Source of the DNA: Pseudomonadales bacterium
GTDB taxonomy: Bacteria; Pseudomonadota; Gammaproteobacteria; Pseudomonadales; Azotimanducaceae
DNA: 64,000 bases
Assembly (NCBI GenBank): GCA_965116625.1
Contig: OZ220717.1
Location: forward strand, 2,262,441 to 2,326,440
Reading direction: 5' to 3'
The notes below the pieces were generated by a model. That model was not told the DNA's origin. It saw nothing but the letters and a program-made list of their open reading frames with translations, and made no database searches. The position numbers and the translations under genes were made by a program. Of this stretch, positions 33,467 through 42,893 are shown piece by piece (positions within the stretch are counted from its first letter, which is position 1; each line of letters starts with the position of its first letter).

Positions 33467-34935
33467 CAGAAGGTGACGGTGCCGCCCGTGTCGATGCGCC
33501 CCTGGCGGCCGCAGAACTCTTCCGTCACCATCGCTTCCAGCACATCTGCGTCCCTGGTGTTCGCCCAGGCCCTGCGGCCATCCGGCAGCATGCACGCGGC
33601 GAGGCCGATATCGGGCCCGCCGCGCCCGAACATGACGGTATACGACTCGATCTCCACGGGTCCTGCGGCCGACTCCGCGAGTTCGCGCGTCGGCATGGCG
33701 TCCACCCGGTCCTGGGTCGTTTCGTGGCGGAATGCCCGTGTTGGCGGCTCCGTGGCGAACAGGCAGAAAGCATGCTTGCTCAGGAAACCGCCGTTGCCGG
33801 TCACGAGACCGACTTCGCCCGGATTGCCACGCAGCACTTCAACCATGCGGGCCATGCCATGCATCGCGTAGTTGTTCAGCGGGCCGCCGGCGAACGCCAT
33901 GCCGCCGGTCACCGTCAATGGCCGCTCCTCGTCGATACCGAGTTCCGCCGTCGCCACCTGGACGGCGGATGGAAAACAGCTATAGACGTCCATGTGTCGG
34001 ATGTCATCGACGCCGAGACCCGCCATTTCCAGGCACCGATTGCCGGCGATGCGCAGTCCCGGTGCGGTGTGGAGGTTGTCGCGATGCGACACGGCATGGG
34101 TGTCGTGCGCTTCGGTGGACACCCAGGGGAAGATCCACCTGGAGCGGGGAATGCCGAGGCGTCGCGCCACGTCGGTGGAAGTGAGGATCAAGGACGCCCC
34201 CTGGTCAACTTTCTCATTAGAATTCATGAGCTTGGGATAGGGGACGGAGACGGGTCGATTGCTCGGGCCCGGCGTGCGGATGTCGATCGCGTCCTTCGGT
34301 TCGCGCATCCACGCGTGCGGATTGTCCACCGCGATACGGCTAAAGCCAGCCCACAGGCGGGAGATACGTTCGAGGTGGGCACCGATCGGTTCACCGCGGG
34401 CGTGGCGGATGGCGTTCTCGAAGATGGGATACATCTGGACCGGGTTCACGATCCCGCGCACTGCCTCGGCGCGGTGGCGCATCCTCAGCTCGGTACCGAT
34501 GGTCCGGTCGGGGGTCCCGGGCGCTTCCCGCCATTGCTGCTCCATGCCGGCGCGGCGGGCCTTTGCCTGGGTGTCGCCGCATTCGGCGCCGGCAAGTATG
34601 ACGATCTGTTGCGTGCCGGACTGAATCTCGAGGGCGGAGGTACGGAGCAGGTGGTGAACGACGGTGCCGCCCCAGAAGGAGACGCCGGTCTCGGCGCCGG
34701 GATTCCCGATAGCTTCGGCGATGGCTCGGGCGGGGTTCCCGTATGGCCACATTCCGCGAATCACGCGCACCGCGCTGGCGTCGGCAAGCAACGCGGGGAC
34801 GCCGGCATCGAGGGCCGCGGCGCGCGTTGCCCGGATCATCAGGTCCAGGGGCTCCTCGGCCGCGGCCGGGTCGTCGGCATGCTGCTCGACCTGCGCGACA
34901 CCCACCAGGACCGGAGTTGATTCGCTTGTTCTCAT
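33466..34935 (-). CDS. Thiolase-like (SCP-x / acetyl-CoA acetyltransferase family) protein with a C-terminal OB-like extension
   Basis: Thiolase-fold C-terminal signatures VYSCFPSAV and GGMAFAGGPLNNY. ATG at 34935. Confidence 0.7.
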   Translation of the reverse strand: MRTSESTPVLVGVAQVEQHADDPAAAEEPLDLMIRATRAAALDAGVPALLADASAVRVIRGMWPYGNPARAIAEAIGNPGAETGVSFWGGTVVHHLLRTSALEIQSGTQQIVILAGAECGDTQAKARRAGMEQQWREAPGTPDRTIGTELRMRHRAEAVRGIVNPVQMYPIFENAIRHARGEPIGAHLERISRLWAGFSRIAVDNPHAWMREPKDAIDIRTPGPSNRPVSVPYPKLMNSNEKVDQGASLILTSTDVARRLGIPRSRWIFPWVSTEAHDTHAVSHRDNLHTAPGLRIAGNRCLEMAGLGVDDIRHMDVYSCFPSAVQVATAELGIDEERPLTVTGGMAFAGGPLNNYAMHGMARMVEVLRGNPGEVGLVTGNGGFLSKHAFCLFATEPPTRAFRHETTQDRVDAMPTRELAESAAGPVEIESYTVMFGRGGPDIGLAACMLPDGRRAWANTRDADVLEAMVTEEFCGRQGRIDTGGTVTF

Positions 34936-35010
34936 GGCATCGCTTCCCCGCTGCCTTGCGAACGGAATGATACGTGAAGGGCGGGAGACCCCGGTTTGTT
35001 CGGGAACCCG

Positions 35011-35039
35011 TTGACTTTGCGCCTTTTGAATCAGATATT
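35011..35039 (+). promoter_or_regulatory. Candidate sigma-70 promoter (TTGACT-17-GATATT) 7 nt upstream of the regulator ATG, overlapping the palindrome TCAGAtattTCTGA (35031-35044)
   Basis: Read directly from the sequence. There is no room for a Shine-Dalgarno sequence before ATG 35046. Confidence 0.3.
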
Positions 35040-35045
35040 TCTGAT

Positions 35046-35615
35046 ATGCCCGAAACACCTGAAACTCGTTTGCCGGTGGCGGTGGAGAATTTCATCCTGC
35101 GCTGGGGCGACATGGGGACGCACTGGGGCATCAACCGTTCAATCGCCCAGATTCACGCATTGCTTTACCTGTCGGAGCACGCGCTGACGGCGGAAGAGAT
35201 TTCGCGTCAACTCGGCATCGCGCGATCCAATGTCAGCAACTCCCTGCGCGAACTGGTCGGCTGGAAGCTGGTGCGCCGCGTCTCCGTGCGTGCCGACCGG
35301 CGTGACTATTTCGAGGCGGAGACGGATCTGTGGGAGATCGTCACGCGTATCGCCGAGGGCCGCAAGGCGCGTGAGATAGACCCGGTCCGCCTGGCACTCA
35401 AGGAGTGCATCGCCCAGGCCGAGGCCGATCCCGCCGTGAGCGGCGTCGCCATGACCCGCCTCGCCGACATGATGGCGTTCATCGATACGATGAATAACTG
35501 GTACGGGCAGATGCTGACCCTGCCGAAAAGCACCCTCGTGGCGCTGATCAGCATGGGGTCACGGGTGGTCCGGGCGCTGCGGCCGGGCAGGAGCATCGAG
35601 CCGTCGGATCGCTGA
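35046..35615 (+). CDS. GbsR/MarR-family transcriptional regulator
   Basis: FILRWGDMGTHWGINRSIAQIHALLYLS...LTAEEISRQLGIARSNVSNSLRELVGWKLV, a winged-HTH typical of GbsR-type regulators. Confidence 0.75.
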   Translation: MPETPETRLPVAVENFILRWGDMGTHWGINRSIAQIHALLYLSEHALTAEEISRQLGIARSNVSNSLRELVGWKLVRRVSVRADRRDYFEAETDLWEIVTRIAEGRKAREIDPVRLALKECIAQAEADPAVSGVAMTRLADMMAFIDTMNNWYGQMLTLPKSTLVALISMGSRVVRALRPGRSIEPSDR

Positions 35616-35699
35616 CGGCTCGCTTGATCCGCACTGCGTGCGGTTTTCAGCAAGCCAATGGGGTAAAGGTGCTTGCCGCAATCGAACCGTTCGAGCGGA

Positions 35700-35790
35700 C
35701 CGGATGGCGTTCATGACGCCATTAACAACTGCTTTGGGAAGATGCTGACTCTCGCCCGAAGCAGCACCGCGACGTTGACCATCAGGATAT
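35700..35790 (+). pseudogene. Frameshifted relic of the 3-prime end of a GbsR-type regulator gene
   Basis: gatggcgttcat...aacaactg...gatgctgac parallels 35469-35560 of the intact gene (gatggcgttcat...aataactg...gatgctgac). Peptide DAINNCFGKMLTLARSSTATLTI compares with DTMNNWYGQMLTLPKSTLVALIS. Confidence 0.45.
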
Positions 35791-35793
35791 GCC

Positions 35794-36702
35794 CTACTTG
35801 TCTTGGTGCTGCCTCCAGCGTTCGATCGAGGCCTGGATGCCGGCCAATCTCCCAGAAACACCGGCGGCGATGTCGGGATGCGTGAATATGTAGGCTTCGT
35901 CCTGCTCGATCGCGTGGAGCGTCATGTCCCCCACGATGGAAGGATCGAGCATGCCGTCGAGGAACTTCGCGTAGGCTTCGAGATTCATCGGCCCTGGATC
36001 GGACCCCGGCTGTAGGCGCAGCGCATCCGGCCGGTTTCGCTCCGAGGTAAAGATGTTGGTGTCGACGAAACCGGGACAGAGCACGGATACGCCGATGTTT
36101 CGCGGTGCAAGCTCGGCGCGCATCGTCTCGGACAGTCCGACGACGGCGAACTTGGTGGTGTTGTAGACCGAGAGGCCCGGTACCGCCACGTGTCCCGCAA
36201 GGGAAGCCGTGTTCACGATGTGGCCGCCTTCGCCGTGCGCGACGATGCGCGGGACGAAGGTCTGCACGCCGTTTATCACGCCGTGCAGGTTGACGCCGAT
36301 GACCCAGTCCCAATCGTCGTAGGACACTTCCTCGATGGGACCCGCGATACCGACGCCCGCATTGTTGCAGACCACGTGGATCTTGCCGAAGGCGCGCTCC
36401 GTCTCGTCGGCGGCGCGGGCCATCGCGTCGCGGTCGGTGACATCCACGCACAGCGCGATCACCCGGGCGTTGCTCGGCGCGAAGGACGCGACGGCCGCGT
36501 CGAGGGCCTGCTCCTCGATATCCGCGATCGCCACCTTCATGCCGGCCGCGCAGAACGACCGCGCCATGGCCAGGCCAATCCCGCTGGCGCCGCCGGTAAC
36601 GAAGGCGACCTTTCCTGCTACGTCCCGCACCCGGGGAATCCTTCTGGAGGTAGGAGGTAGACGGATGGTACTACGGCGAATCCGCGGGTCGGCTGCCGAC
36701 AT
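35794..36702 (-). CDS. Short-chain dehydrogenase/reductase
   Basis: GKVAFVTGGASGIGLA; NNAG; catalytic Y-x3-K (YNTTK). Start uncertain: ATG 36702, GTG 36630 or TTG 36756. Confidence 0.8.
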   Translation of the reverse strand: MSAADPRIRRSTIRLPPTSRRIPRVRDVAGKVAFVTGGASGIGLAMARSFCAAGMKVAIADIEEQALDAAVASFAPSNARVIALCVDVTDRDAMARAADETERAFGKIHVVCNNAGVGIAGPIEEVSYDDWDWVIGVNLHGVINGVQTFVPRIVAHGEGGHIVNTASLAGHVAVPGLSVYNTTKFAVVGLSETMRAELAPRNIGVSVLCPGFVDTNIFTSERNRPDALRLQPGSDPGPMNLEAYAKFLDGMLDPSIVGDMTLHAIEQDEAYIFTHPDIAAGVSGRLAGIQASIERWRQHQDK

Positions 36703-36826
36703 CTGCCGCCAAGGCAGGGGTGGCTCCGTGAACGGCCGTTTTGGACAAGTGGCCAAAGCGGGTTGAAATTCGCGGGCAACCTTCTAAGAATATGCGCCGC
36801 TCCTTTCAGGCGGGAAGACTCGACAG

Positions 36827-37732
36827 GTGATTGAGGCACGGGAACTGACGCGTCGCTTCGGCGAAAACGTGGCGGCGAACTCGGTGAGTTTCGCCATCGG
36901 TCAGGGCGAGATCGTTGGTTTGCTCGGCCACAACGGTGCCGGCAAGACGACGGTCATGAAGCTCCTGGCGGGTTTCCTTGAGCCGAGTTCGGGGTCGGCG
37001 GAAATAGACGGGCAGGACGTGACCGAACACGCTACCGAGGTGCAGCGCAAGGTGGGCTACCTGCCGGAGACCGTGCCCCTTTACTCCGAAATGACCGTGG
37101 TCGATTACCTCGAATTCGCGGCCACGGTGCGGTGCGTGCCCGCCTCCGAGCGACCTTCCGCCGTTGGCCGGGTGGTTGAGGCGACGGGCCTGAAGGAATA
37201 CGCGCTTGCCGTCATCGACACGCTGTCCAGGGGCTTCAAGCAGCGTGTCGGTGTGGCACAGGCGATCCTGCACGCACCCCGGTTCCTGATCCTGGACGAA
37301 CCCACCAGCGGCCTGGATCCGGCGCAGACGCAGGAGATGCGGGACCTTATCCGCCGGCTGGCGGAGTCCGCCACGGTGATCCTCTCAACCCACATCATGC
37401 AGGAAGTGGATGCCGTATGTGACCGGGTGATGATTCTCCGGGCCGGCGAGCTCGCGCTGGACGAGAAACTTGCCGACCTGCAGCGAAGCGAACGCCTGTA
37501 CGTGGGTACGGACGCCGAACGCGAGGCCCTGGCGGAAGCGGTTGGCGAGGGCGTCGACCTCGATGCGGCGGACGGCGGCTGGTTCCTCACCTTCGACCGC
37601 CCGCCGGGCGACGGCCTCTCCGCCGAGGTTGCGGCGAGCCTGGTCCGGTCGGGGATCGCGTTTCATGCGCTGCAACGGGAGAAACGCGACCTGGAGACCG
37701 TATTCCGCCGTGTGAGTGGTACCGATGTCTGA
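36827..37732 (+). CDS. ABC transporter ATP-binding protein (ABC-2 / GldA-like)
   Basis: Walker A GHNGAGKTT, signature LSRGFKQR, Walker B LILDEPTSGLD. Confidence 0.9.
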   Translation: MIEARELTRRFGENVAANSVSFAIGQGEIVGLLGHNGAGKTTVMKLLAGFLEPSSGSAEIDGQDVTEHATEVQRKVGYLPETVPLYSEMTVVDYLEFAATVRCVPASERPSAVGRVVEATGLKEYALAVIDTLSRGFKQRVGVAQAILHAPRFLILDEPTSGLDPAQTQEMRDLIRRLAESATVILSTHIMQEVDAVCDRVMILRAGELALDEKLADLQRSERLYVGTDAEREALAEAVGEGVDLDAADGGWFLTFDRPPGDGLSAEVAASLVRSGIAFHALQREKRDLETVFRRVSGTDV

Positions 37733-40691
37733 TAACGCCGCGCAAGGAAAGGGCCCGGCGCGCTGGCCGTGGGATACGGTCGGCGCCATCGTCCGCAAGG
37801 AACTGGCGCTCTTCTTCGGTTCGCCCATCGGGTACCTGTTCCTGCTCGCCTACCTGGGCGTAACGCTGTTCGTCTTCTTCTGGGGCGAGGCATTCTTCGC
37901 GCGGAACATCGCGGACGTACGCCCGATGTTCGAATGGTTGCCGATCCTGCTGGTGTTTCTGGCCGCCGCGCTGACGATGCGCATGTGGAGCGAGGAGCGC
38001 CGGATCGGCACGCTGGAATTCGTGGTCACCGTGCCGGCGAGCGCGTGGCAGTTCGCCGCCGGCAAGTTTCTCGCCTGCTGGGCGCTGCTGGCTGTGGCCC
38101 TGGTGCTGACCCTGCCGCTGGCCATCACGGTCGCGTTCCTCGGCGACCTGGATTGGGGCCCGGTTTTCGCCGGCTATGTCGCGGCGCTCCTGCTCGGCGC
38201 GGCTTACCTCTCCATCGGGCTGTTCGTCAGTGCGAAGACGGACAACCAGATCGTCGCGCTGATACTCGCCACGTTCTCCTGCGGTGCGTTCTACCTCGTG
38301 GGAAGCCCGTTTGTCGCGGAGTTGTTCGACAACGAAGTCGGCGACGTCCTGCGCGCACTCGGGGCGGGGTCGCGGTTCGAGTCCATCACGCGAGGGGTGC
38401 TCGACCTGGGCGACCTCTACTACTACGTGTCGATCGTCGGGGTGTTCCTGGCGTTGAACGTCTATGCCATCGAAAGCCACGGCTGGGCTGACGACGGCCC
38501 GGAAGCACGACACCGGAACGCGCAGCGGCTGACGGCGCTGGTTGCGCTCAATTTCATCGCCGCGAACTTCTGGCTGGCGGGTTTCGGGGCGCTCCGCTGG
38601 GATGTCACCGAAGGCAGGCAGTTTTCGATTTCCGACGCCACCCGCTCCTACCTTTCGCAGCTTCAGGAACCCTTGCTGGTGCGGGGATATTTCAGCAGCA
38701 AGACGCATCCCTTGCTGGCCCCCCTCGTACCGGAGATGCGCGATCTGCTGACGGAATATGAAATCGCGGCGGCCGGTCGACTGCGTCTCGAACTGGTTGA
38801 TCCGGCCACCGCGCCCGAAGTCGAGGACGAGGCGAACTCGAAGTACGGCATCCGGCCGGTGCCGTTTCAGGTTGCGGACCGTTATCAGTCGAGTCTCGTG
38901 AGTTCCTATTTTGATGTGCTGGTCCAGTACGGGGACGAGTACGAGGTGCTGGGCTTTCGCGACCTGATCGAAGTCAAGGTGACCGGAGAATCGGACCTGG
39001 ACGTCCGGTTGCGCAACCCCGAGTACGACCTCACGCGCGCCATCAAGAAGGTGCTGTACGGTTTCAGGGGGGGCGGCGACGTGTTCGACGCCATCAGCGA
39101 CCCCGTCGTGTTTACCGGGTACATCTCCCGTGACGAACGGCTGCCGGCTGCGCTCGTGGACCTCAGGGGAGAACTCGACGTCGTGCTCGCCGAGTTGATC
39201 GCCGAGTCGGACGGAAAGCTCACGTCCTCGATACTCGACCCGGATGCCGGCGACGGCGCGCTCGCATCCGAGATCGAGGAGCGGTACGGGTTTACCCCCA
39301 TGGCGGCGAGCCTGTTTGATCTCAATACCTTTTACTACTACCTGACGCTCTCCGACGGCGAGACGGTGGTGCAGATACCCATCCCGGAGTCACTCGATGG
39401 GGAGGGCTTGAGGCGCGGCCTCCTCGAAGGGCTGAAGCGGTTTGCGGAGGGCGTGCTGAAAAAGGTGGCCGTGCACCTGCCGGCTGCACCCAATCCATAC
39501 ATGCAGCAGCAGATGCCGTCCCCGCCGGGGGATCAGTTCGAAAACCTGCGCAGTTTCCTCGCGGTGGACTTCGACATCGCGACCGAGGACCTCGACGACG
39601 GCGACGTGGGGGCAGGGGCGGGCGTGCTGCTGGTGGTCGGTCCCGGTGCGCTCGGGGAGAAGGAGGTGTTCGCGATCGACCAGTTTCTCATGCGCGGGGG
39701 TACGGTAGTCGTTGCGGTCGGCGCGTTCGAAGTGGTCCTCTCGCCGCAGTCGCTCACGGCGATGTCCAGGAATAGCGGGCTGGATGACTGGCTCGCGCAC
39801 CACGGCGTCGTAATCGACAATTCCTTTGTCATGGATTCGGCGAACTCGGCTTTCCCGGTGCCGGTCAGGCGACAGGTCGGAGGTTTCAGCTTCCAGGAAC
39901 TCGTCATGCTCGACTATCCGTACTTCGTGGACGTCCGCGACGAGGGCCTGAACCAGGACTTCATGCCCACGTCGGAACTGCCGCAGGTGACTTTCGCCTG
40001 GGGCTCCCCGGTCGATATCGACGTAGAAGCGAACGCGGACCGCACGGTGACCGCGCTGCTCGAGAGTTCAACCGGGGCATGGCGCTCCACCTCGACGGAT
40101 GTGATGCCAAGCGTGGGAGAGAACGTCGATACGCCGTTCGTCCCGACCGGTGACGTCGGGGTCCTGACGTTGGCTGGAATGATCGAGGGACGTTTCGACT
40201 CGTTCTTCGAGGAATCTCCGCTGCTTGCCGTCGAAGCGGAAGATCCGGCCGGGGAGGACGAGGCGGCGGCAGGCGGCGACGAGGAAGGAGATGCGGGCGC
40301 CGACACCGAAGATGAGATCGGTGCCGTGACGAGCGTGATCGGGCGGTCGCCCGAGTCGGCGAGGCTCATCGTCATCGGATCGAGTTCCTTCCTCGCGGAC
40401 CAGACGCTGGCCATGATCGGTTCACCGGACGGTACCCGGTACGCGAACCCGGTCCAGTTCATCGCCAATCTCGTGGACTGGGCGGTGGAGGACCAGGCCC
40501 TCCTGTCGATCCGCGGCCGTGGCCATTTCAACCGCACCCTGGCCCCGATCGACGAGAACGCGCAGCGGGTCTGGGAATATGCCAACTATGCGGTTGCAGT
40601 GCTGGCCGTGTTCGGTGCATTTGTCCTCCATGTTGCGTGGCGTGCGCGGCGCCGGCGCCGGCAGACCGCATGGCTTGGGGAGGCATCGTGA
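37725..40691 (+). CDS. Fused ABC-2 permease (GldF-like, N-terminal ~250 aa) and GldG-like auxiliary domain
   Basis: Six N-terminal hydrophobic helices, then GldG-type blocks LLVRGYFSSKTHPLL and LLVVGPGALGEKEVFAIDQFLMRGGTVVVAV, and a C-terminal TM helix. Overlaps the ATPase stop. Confidence 0.75.
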   Translation: MSDNAAQGKGPARWPWDTVGAIVRKELALFFGSPIGYLFLLAYLGVTLFVFFWGEAFFARNIADVRPMFEWLPILLVFLAAALTMRMWSEERRIGTLEFVVTVPASAWQFAAGKFLACWALLAVALVLTLPLAITVAFLGDLDWGPVFAGYVAALLLGAAYLSIGLFVSAKTDNQIVALILATFSCGAFYLVGSPFVAELFDNEVGDVLRALGAGSRFESITRGVLDLGDLYYYVSIVGVFLALNVYAIESHGWADDGPEARHRNAQRLTALVALNFIAANFWLAGFGALRWDVTEGRQFSISDATRSYLSQLQEPLLVRGYFSSKTHPLLAPLVPEMRDLLTEYEIAAAGRLRLELVDPATAPEVEDEANSKYGIRPVPFQVADRYQSSLVSSYFDVLVQYGDEYEVLGFRDLIEVKVTGESDLDVRLRNPEYDLTRAIKKVLYGFRGGGDVFDAISDPVVFTGYISRDERLPAALVDLRGELDVVLAELIAESDGKLTSSILDPDAGDGALASEIEERYGFTPMAASLFDLNTFYYYLTLSDGETVVQIPIPESLDGEGLRRGLLEGLKRFAEGVLKKVAVHLPAAPNPYMQQQMPSPPGDQFENLRSFLAVDFDIATEDLDDGDVGAGAGVLLVVGPGALGEKEVFAIDQFLMRGGTVVVAVGAFEVVLSPQSLTAMSRNSGLDDWLAHHGVVIDNSFVMDSANSAFPVPVRRQVGGFSFQELVMLDYPYFVDVRDEGLNQDFMPTSELPQVTFAWGSPVDIDVEANADRTVTALLESSTGAWRSTSTDVMPSVGENVDTPFVPTGDVGVLTLAGMIEGRFDSFFEESPLLAVEAEDPAGEDEAAAGGDEEGDAGADTEDEIGAVTSVIGRSPESARLIVIGSSSFLADQTLAMIGSPDGTRYANPVQFIANLVDWAVEDQALLSIRGRGHFNRTLAPIDENAQRVWEYANYAVAVLAVFGAFVLHVAWRARRRRRQTAWLGEAS

Positions 40692-41602
40692 ACAGGCAGA
40701 CGATCCTGGGCACCGTCCTGCTCCTGCAACTGGTCGCGGTCGCCCTGGTGTGGGGGTTGCAGGCGCGTCCCGGGGACACACCGCCAGAGTTCCTCGGGTT
40801 CGACGCCGGCAGCGCTGACACGATGACCGTTGCGGATACCGAGAGCACCGTGACCCTCACCCGCGCCGACGGCGAGTGGAAGCTGTCGAACGGATTGCCT
40901 GCCGACGGCAGCAAGATCGACGGCGTCCTGCAGAAACTGTCGGACCCCGGTTCCGGCTGGCCCGTGGCCACCAGCGAGTCGGCCATGCGGCGGTTCGAGG
41001 TGGTCGAAGAGACGCACCAGCGCCATGTGACAATCGGCGCCGGCGACGAAACCCTGGCGGACATCTATCTCGGGACATCGCCCACCTTCGGCAAGGTGCA
41101 TGCGCGTCATGTCTCCGGCGGGCCGGTGTATGCGATCGGTTTCTCGAACTACGAGGCGGGCGCGAAACAGTCCGACTGGCTGCAGAAGTCGCTGCTGCAA
41201 CCCGACGGTGAAGTGCAATCCGTCAGGCGAACAACCTCAGGCGCCGAGTGGACCCTGACCTGGACGGACGGCGCCTGGACCACCGAAGGCGTGGAACTCG
41301 ACCAGGACGAAACGAACACGTTCGTCGACCGGCTCCGGAGACTGAATGTCCTCGACATCGTCGATGCGGAGCTGCGTGAAGAACCGGGCACGACGTTTGT
41401 CGTGGTGGATGACGCGGGAGCGCACGAACTGGCGCTGTTCGCTCTCCCGGATGACGACTACGCGGCGACCTCCAACCGGTTCGAAGGCGTTTTCGGGATC
41501 TCGTCCTACATCGCGGAACAGCTCGACATGCCCCTCGAAGACCTGGCCGTTGACGCGTCGGATGAGGACGGGAGCGACGATCTCCCGTCCGGAGAATCAT
41601 AG
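40688..41602 (+). CDS. DUF4340-like protein (usual third component of GldFG-type systems)
   Basis: GTGA overlap with the upstream stop. N-terminal TM helix ILGTVLLLQLVAVALVW, then repeated beta-rich modules. Confidence 0.55.
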   Translation: MNRQTILGTVLLLQLVAVALVWGLQARPGDTPPEFLGFDAGSADTMTVADTESTVTLTRADGEWKLSNGLPADGSKIDGVLQKLSDPGSGWPVATSESAMRRFEVVEETHQRHVTIGAGDETLADIYLGTSPTFGKVHARHVSGGPVYAIGFSNYEAGAKQSDWLQKSLLQPDGEVQSVRRTTSGAEWTLTWTDGAWTTEGVELDQDETNTFVDRLRRLNVLDIVDAELREEPGTTFVVVDDAGAHELALFALPDDDYAATSNRFEGVFGISSYIAEQLDMPLEDLAVDASDEDGSDDLPSGES

Positions 41603-41649
41603 GGGGTTCCCCAGCGGCGAACGCGGCCTTGCGCTGCCCTGTAGACCTG

Positions 41650-42858
41650 TCAGTCGTCCACTCCGCCCGGGTAATCGCTCTGGCGTGGGTCGCGGCCTCC
41701 TGGAAGCCCACGTGCGCGAGGAAAATCTCCCCGGCGTCCGCGCCGGTCCCGAGGCTGGGGCGCCGCCTGCGGCGCTTCGGCGGTGAGCGTTGCGACGTAC
41801 TCGACGCCGTCGGTCACGACGGGCTTGCCTCCCTCGAATCTCGGGGCGTAGCGGTACTTCCGGATCATGGTGATCGCGATGTCGTTGAGCGCTTCCTCTG
41901 ACGATTCCGTAACGGTCGCATTCCGCACGTAGCCCTGCTCGTCGATGGTGAACTCGAGCGACACTTCGCCGGACAGCTTGTCGTCTATGGCTTCACTGGA
42001 ATACTCCGGGCTGGCGCTGTAGATGGGCGTGGGCGGTAGCGACCACTCCTCCCGCTCGCCGAGGGCAACGCAGTGTTCGGTCGCGAGGTCGGGCTGTTCC
42101 ATGTTCTCGTACAGCCCGACCAGACGGGTCCGGATCGTCTTCTCCATCTGCCGCATCGGCGCATCGTCCGTTCTGAAGGCCGTCAGGGAGTCATCGAAAT
42201 GCTCGGCGGCCTTCTCGAACTGGCGCCTGCCGGCGGCCCACATGCCCATGTGGAAGGATGTCAGCCCGAGCCGCAGGTCGTTTTCCTGCAACTTCTCCGC
42301 GTAGATCGCATGGGCGCTCTGTATGAACTGCTCGGCAAACCGGATACCCCCCCGGTTCAGCAGTTCCCGCGCGATCTCGTAGCATTGCTGGGCGCGATAC
42401 AGCTCATTTTCGTGGTTGCCCGCCAGCCAGGACGCGCGACTGAAGTACTCGAGCGCCTCCCTGGGCCTGCGGGGGTCGAACTTCACCCGGCCAAGCTGGA
42501 TCAGGGCCGGCACCAGCTCGATTGCATCCGTGCCGTAGTGTTCTTCGAGGACTGGCAGTTTTCCCCTGAGTACCCTTCCGGACTGCCTGTATTCCCCGGT
42601 GTCGTTCAGCAGGACTGCATAGTTGACGGCAAGGTTCGCGGTATTGATGCTCCGCTTCCCGAAGAGCTTCGAACCGAGGGTGTAGGCTTGTGACGCGGCG
42701 TCCAGGGCCTTGGAGGTTTCCTTTGCTTCGATGTGTTGTTGGTACTGTTGGTAGACGCGCTGAAACTCGGCCCTGTCGTCTGCGTTGCCAGCCGACCCCA
42801 GGAACAGGAGGAGCGAAGCCAAAGCCCCGGTCGTGAGCGCTTTTACGCGATGCGGCAT
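41650..42858 (-). CDS. TPR-repeat protein with C-terminal TonB-type domain
   Basis: Signal/anchor ALTTGALASLLLFLGSAG, TPR-like helices, and C-terminal LSGEVSLEFTIDEQGYVRNATV...MIRKYRYAPRFEGGKPV. Confidence 0.7.
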   Translation of the reverse strand: MPHRVKALTTGALASLLLFLGSAGNADDRAEFQRVYQQYQQHIEAKETSKALDAASQAYTLGSKLFGKRSINTANLAVNYAVLLNDTGEYRQSGRVLRGKLPVLEEHYGTDAIELVPALIQLGRVKFDPRRPREALEYFSRASWLAGNHENELYRAQQCYEIARELLNRGGIRFAEQFIQSAHAIYAEKLQENDLRLGLTSFHMGMWAAGRRQFEKAAEHFDDSLTAFRTDDAPMRQMEKTIRTRLVGLYENMEQPDLATEHCVALGEREEWSLPPTPIYSASPEYSSEAIDDKLSGEVSLEFTIDEQGYVRNATVTESSEEALNDIAITMIRKYRYAPRFEGGKPVVTDGVEYVATLTAEAPQAAPQPRDRRGRRGDFPRARGLPGGRDPRQSDYPGGVDD

Positions 42859-42893
42859 GAGAACCCCCCGCAGTTTCTGGAGTCCGAGCATAT

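Noticed and set aside
31713-34920. 442-aa and 487-aa plus-strand ORFs (31713-33041, 33457-34920)
   Set aside because: They are antisense to sqdB and to the thiolase-like gene respectively, both of which have clear family signatures.
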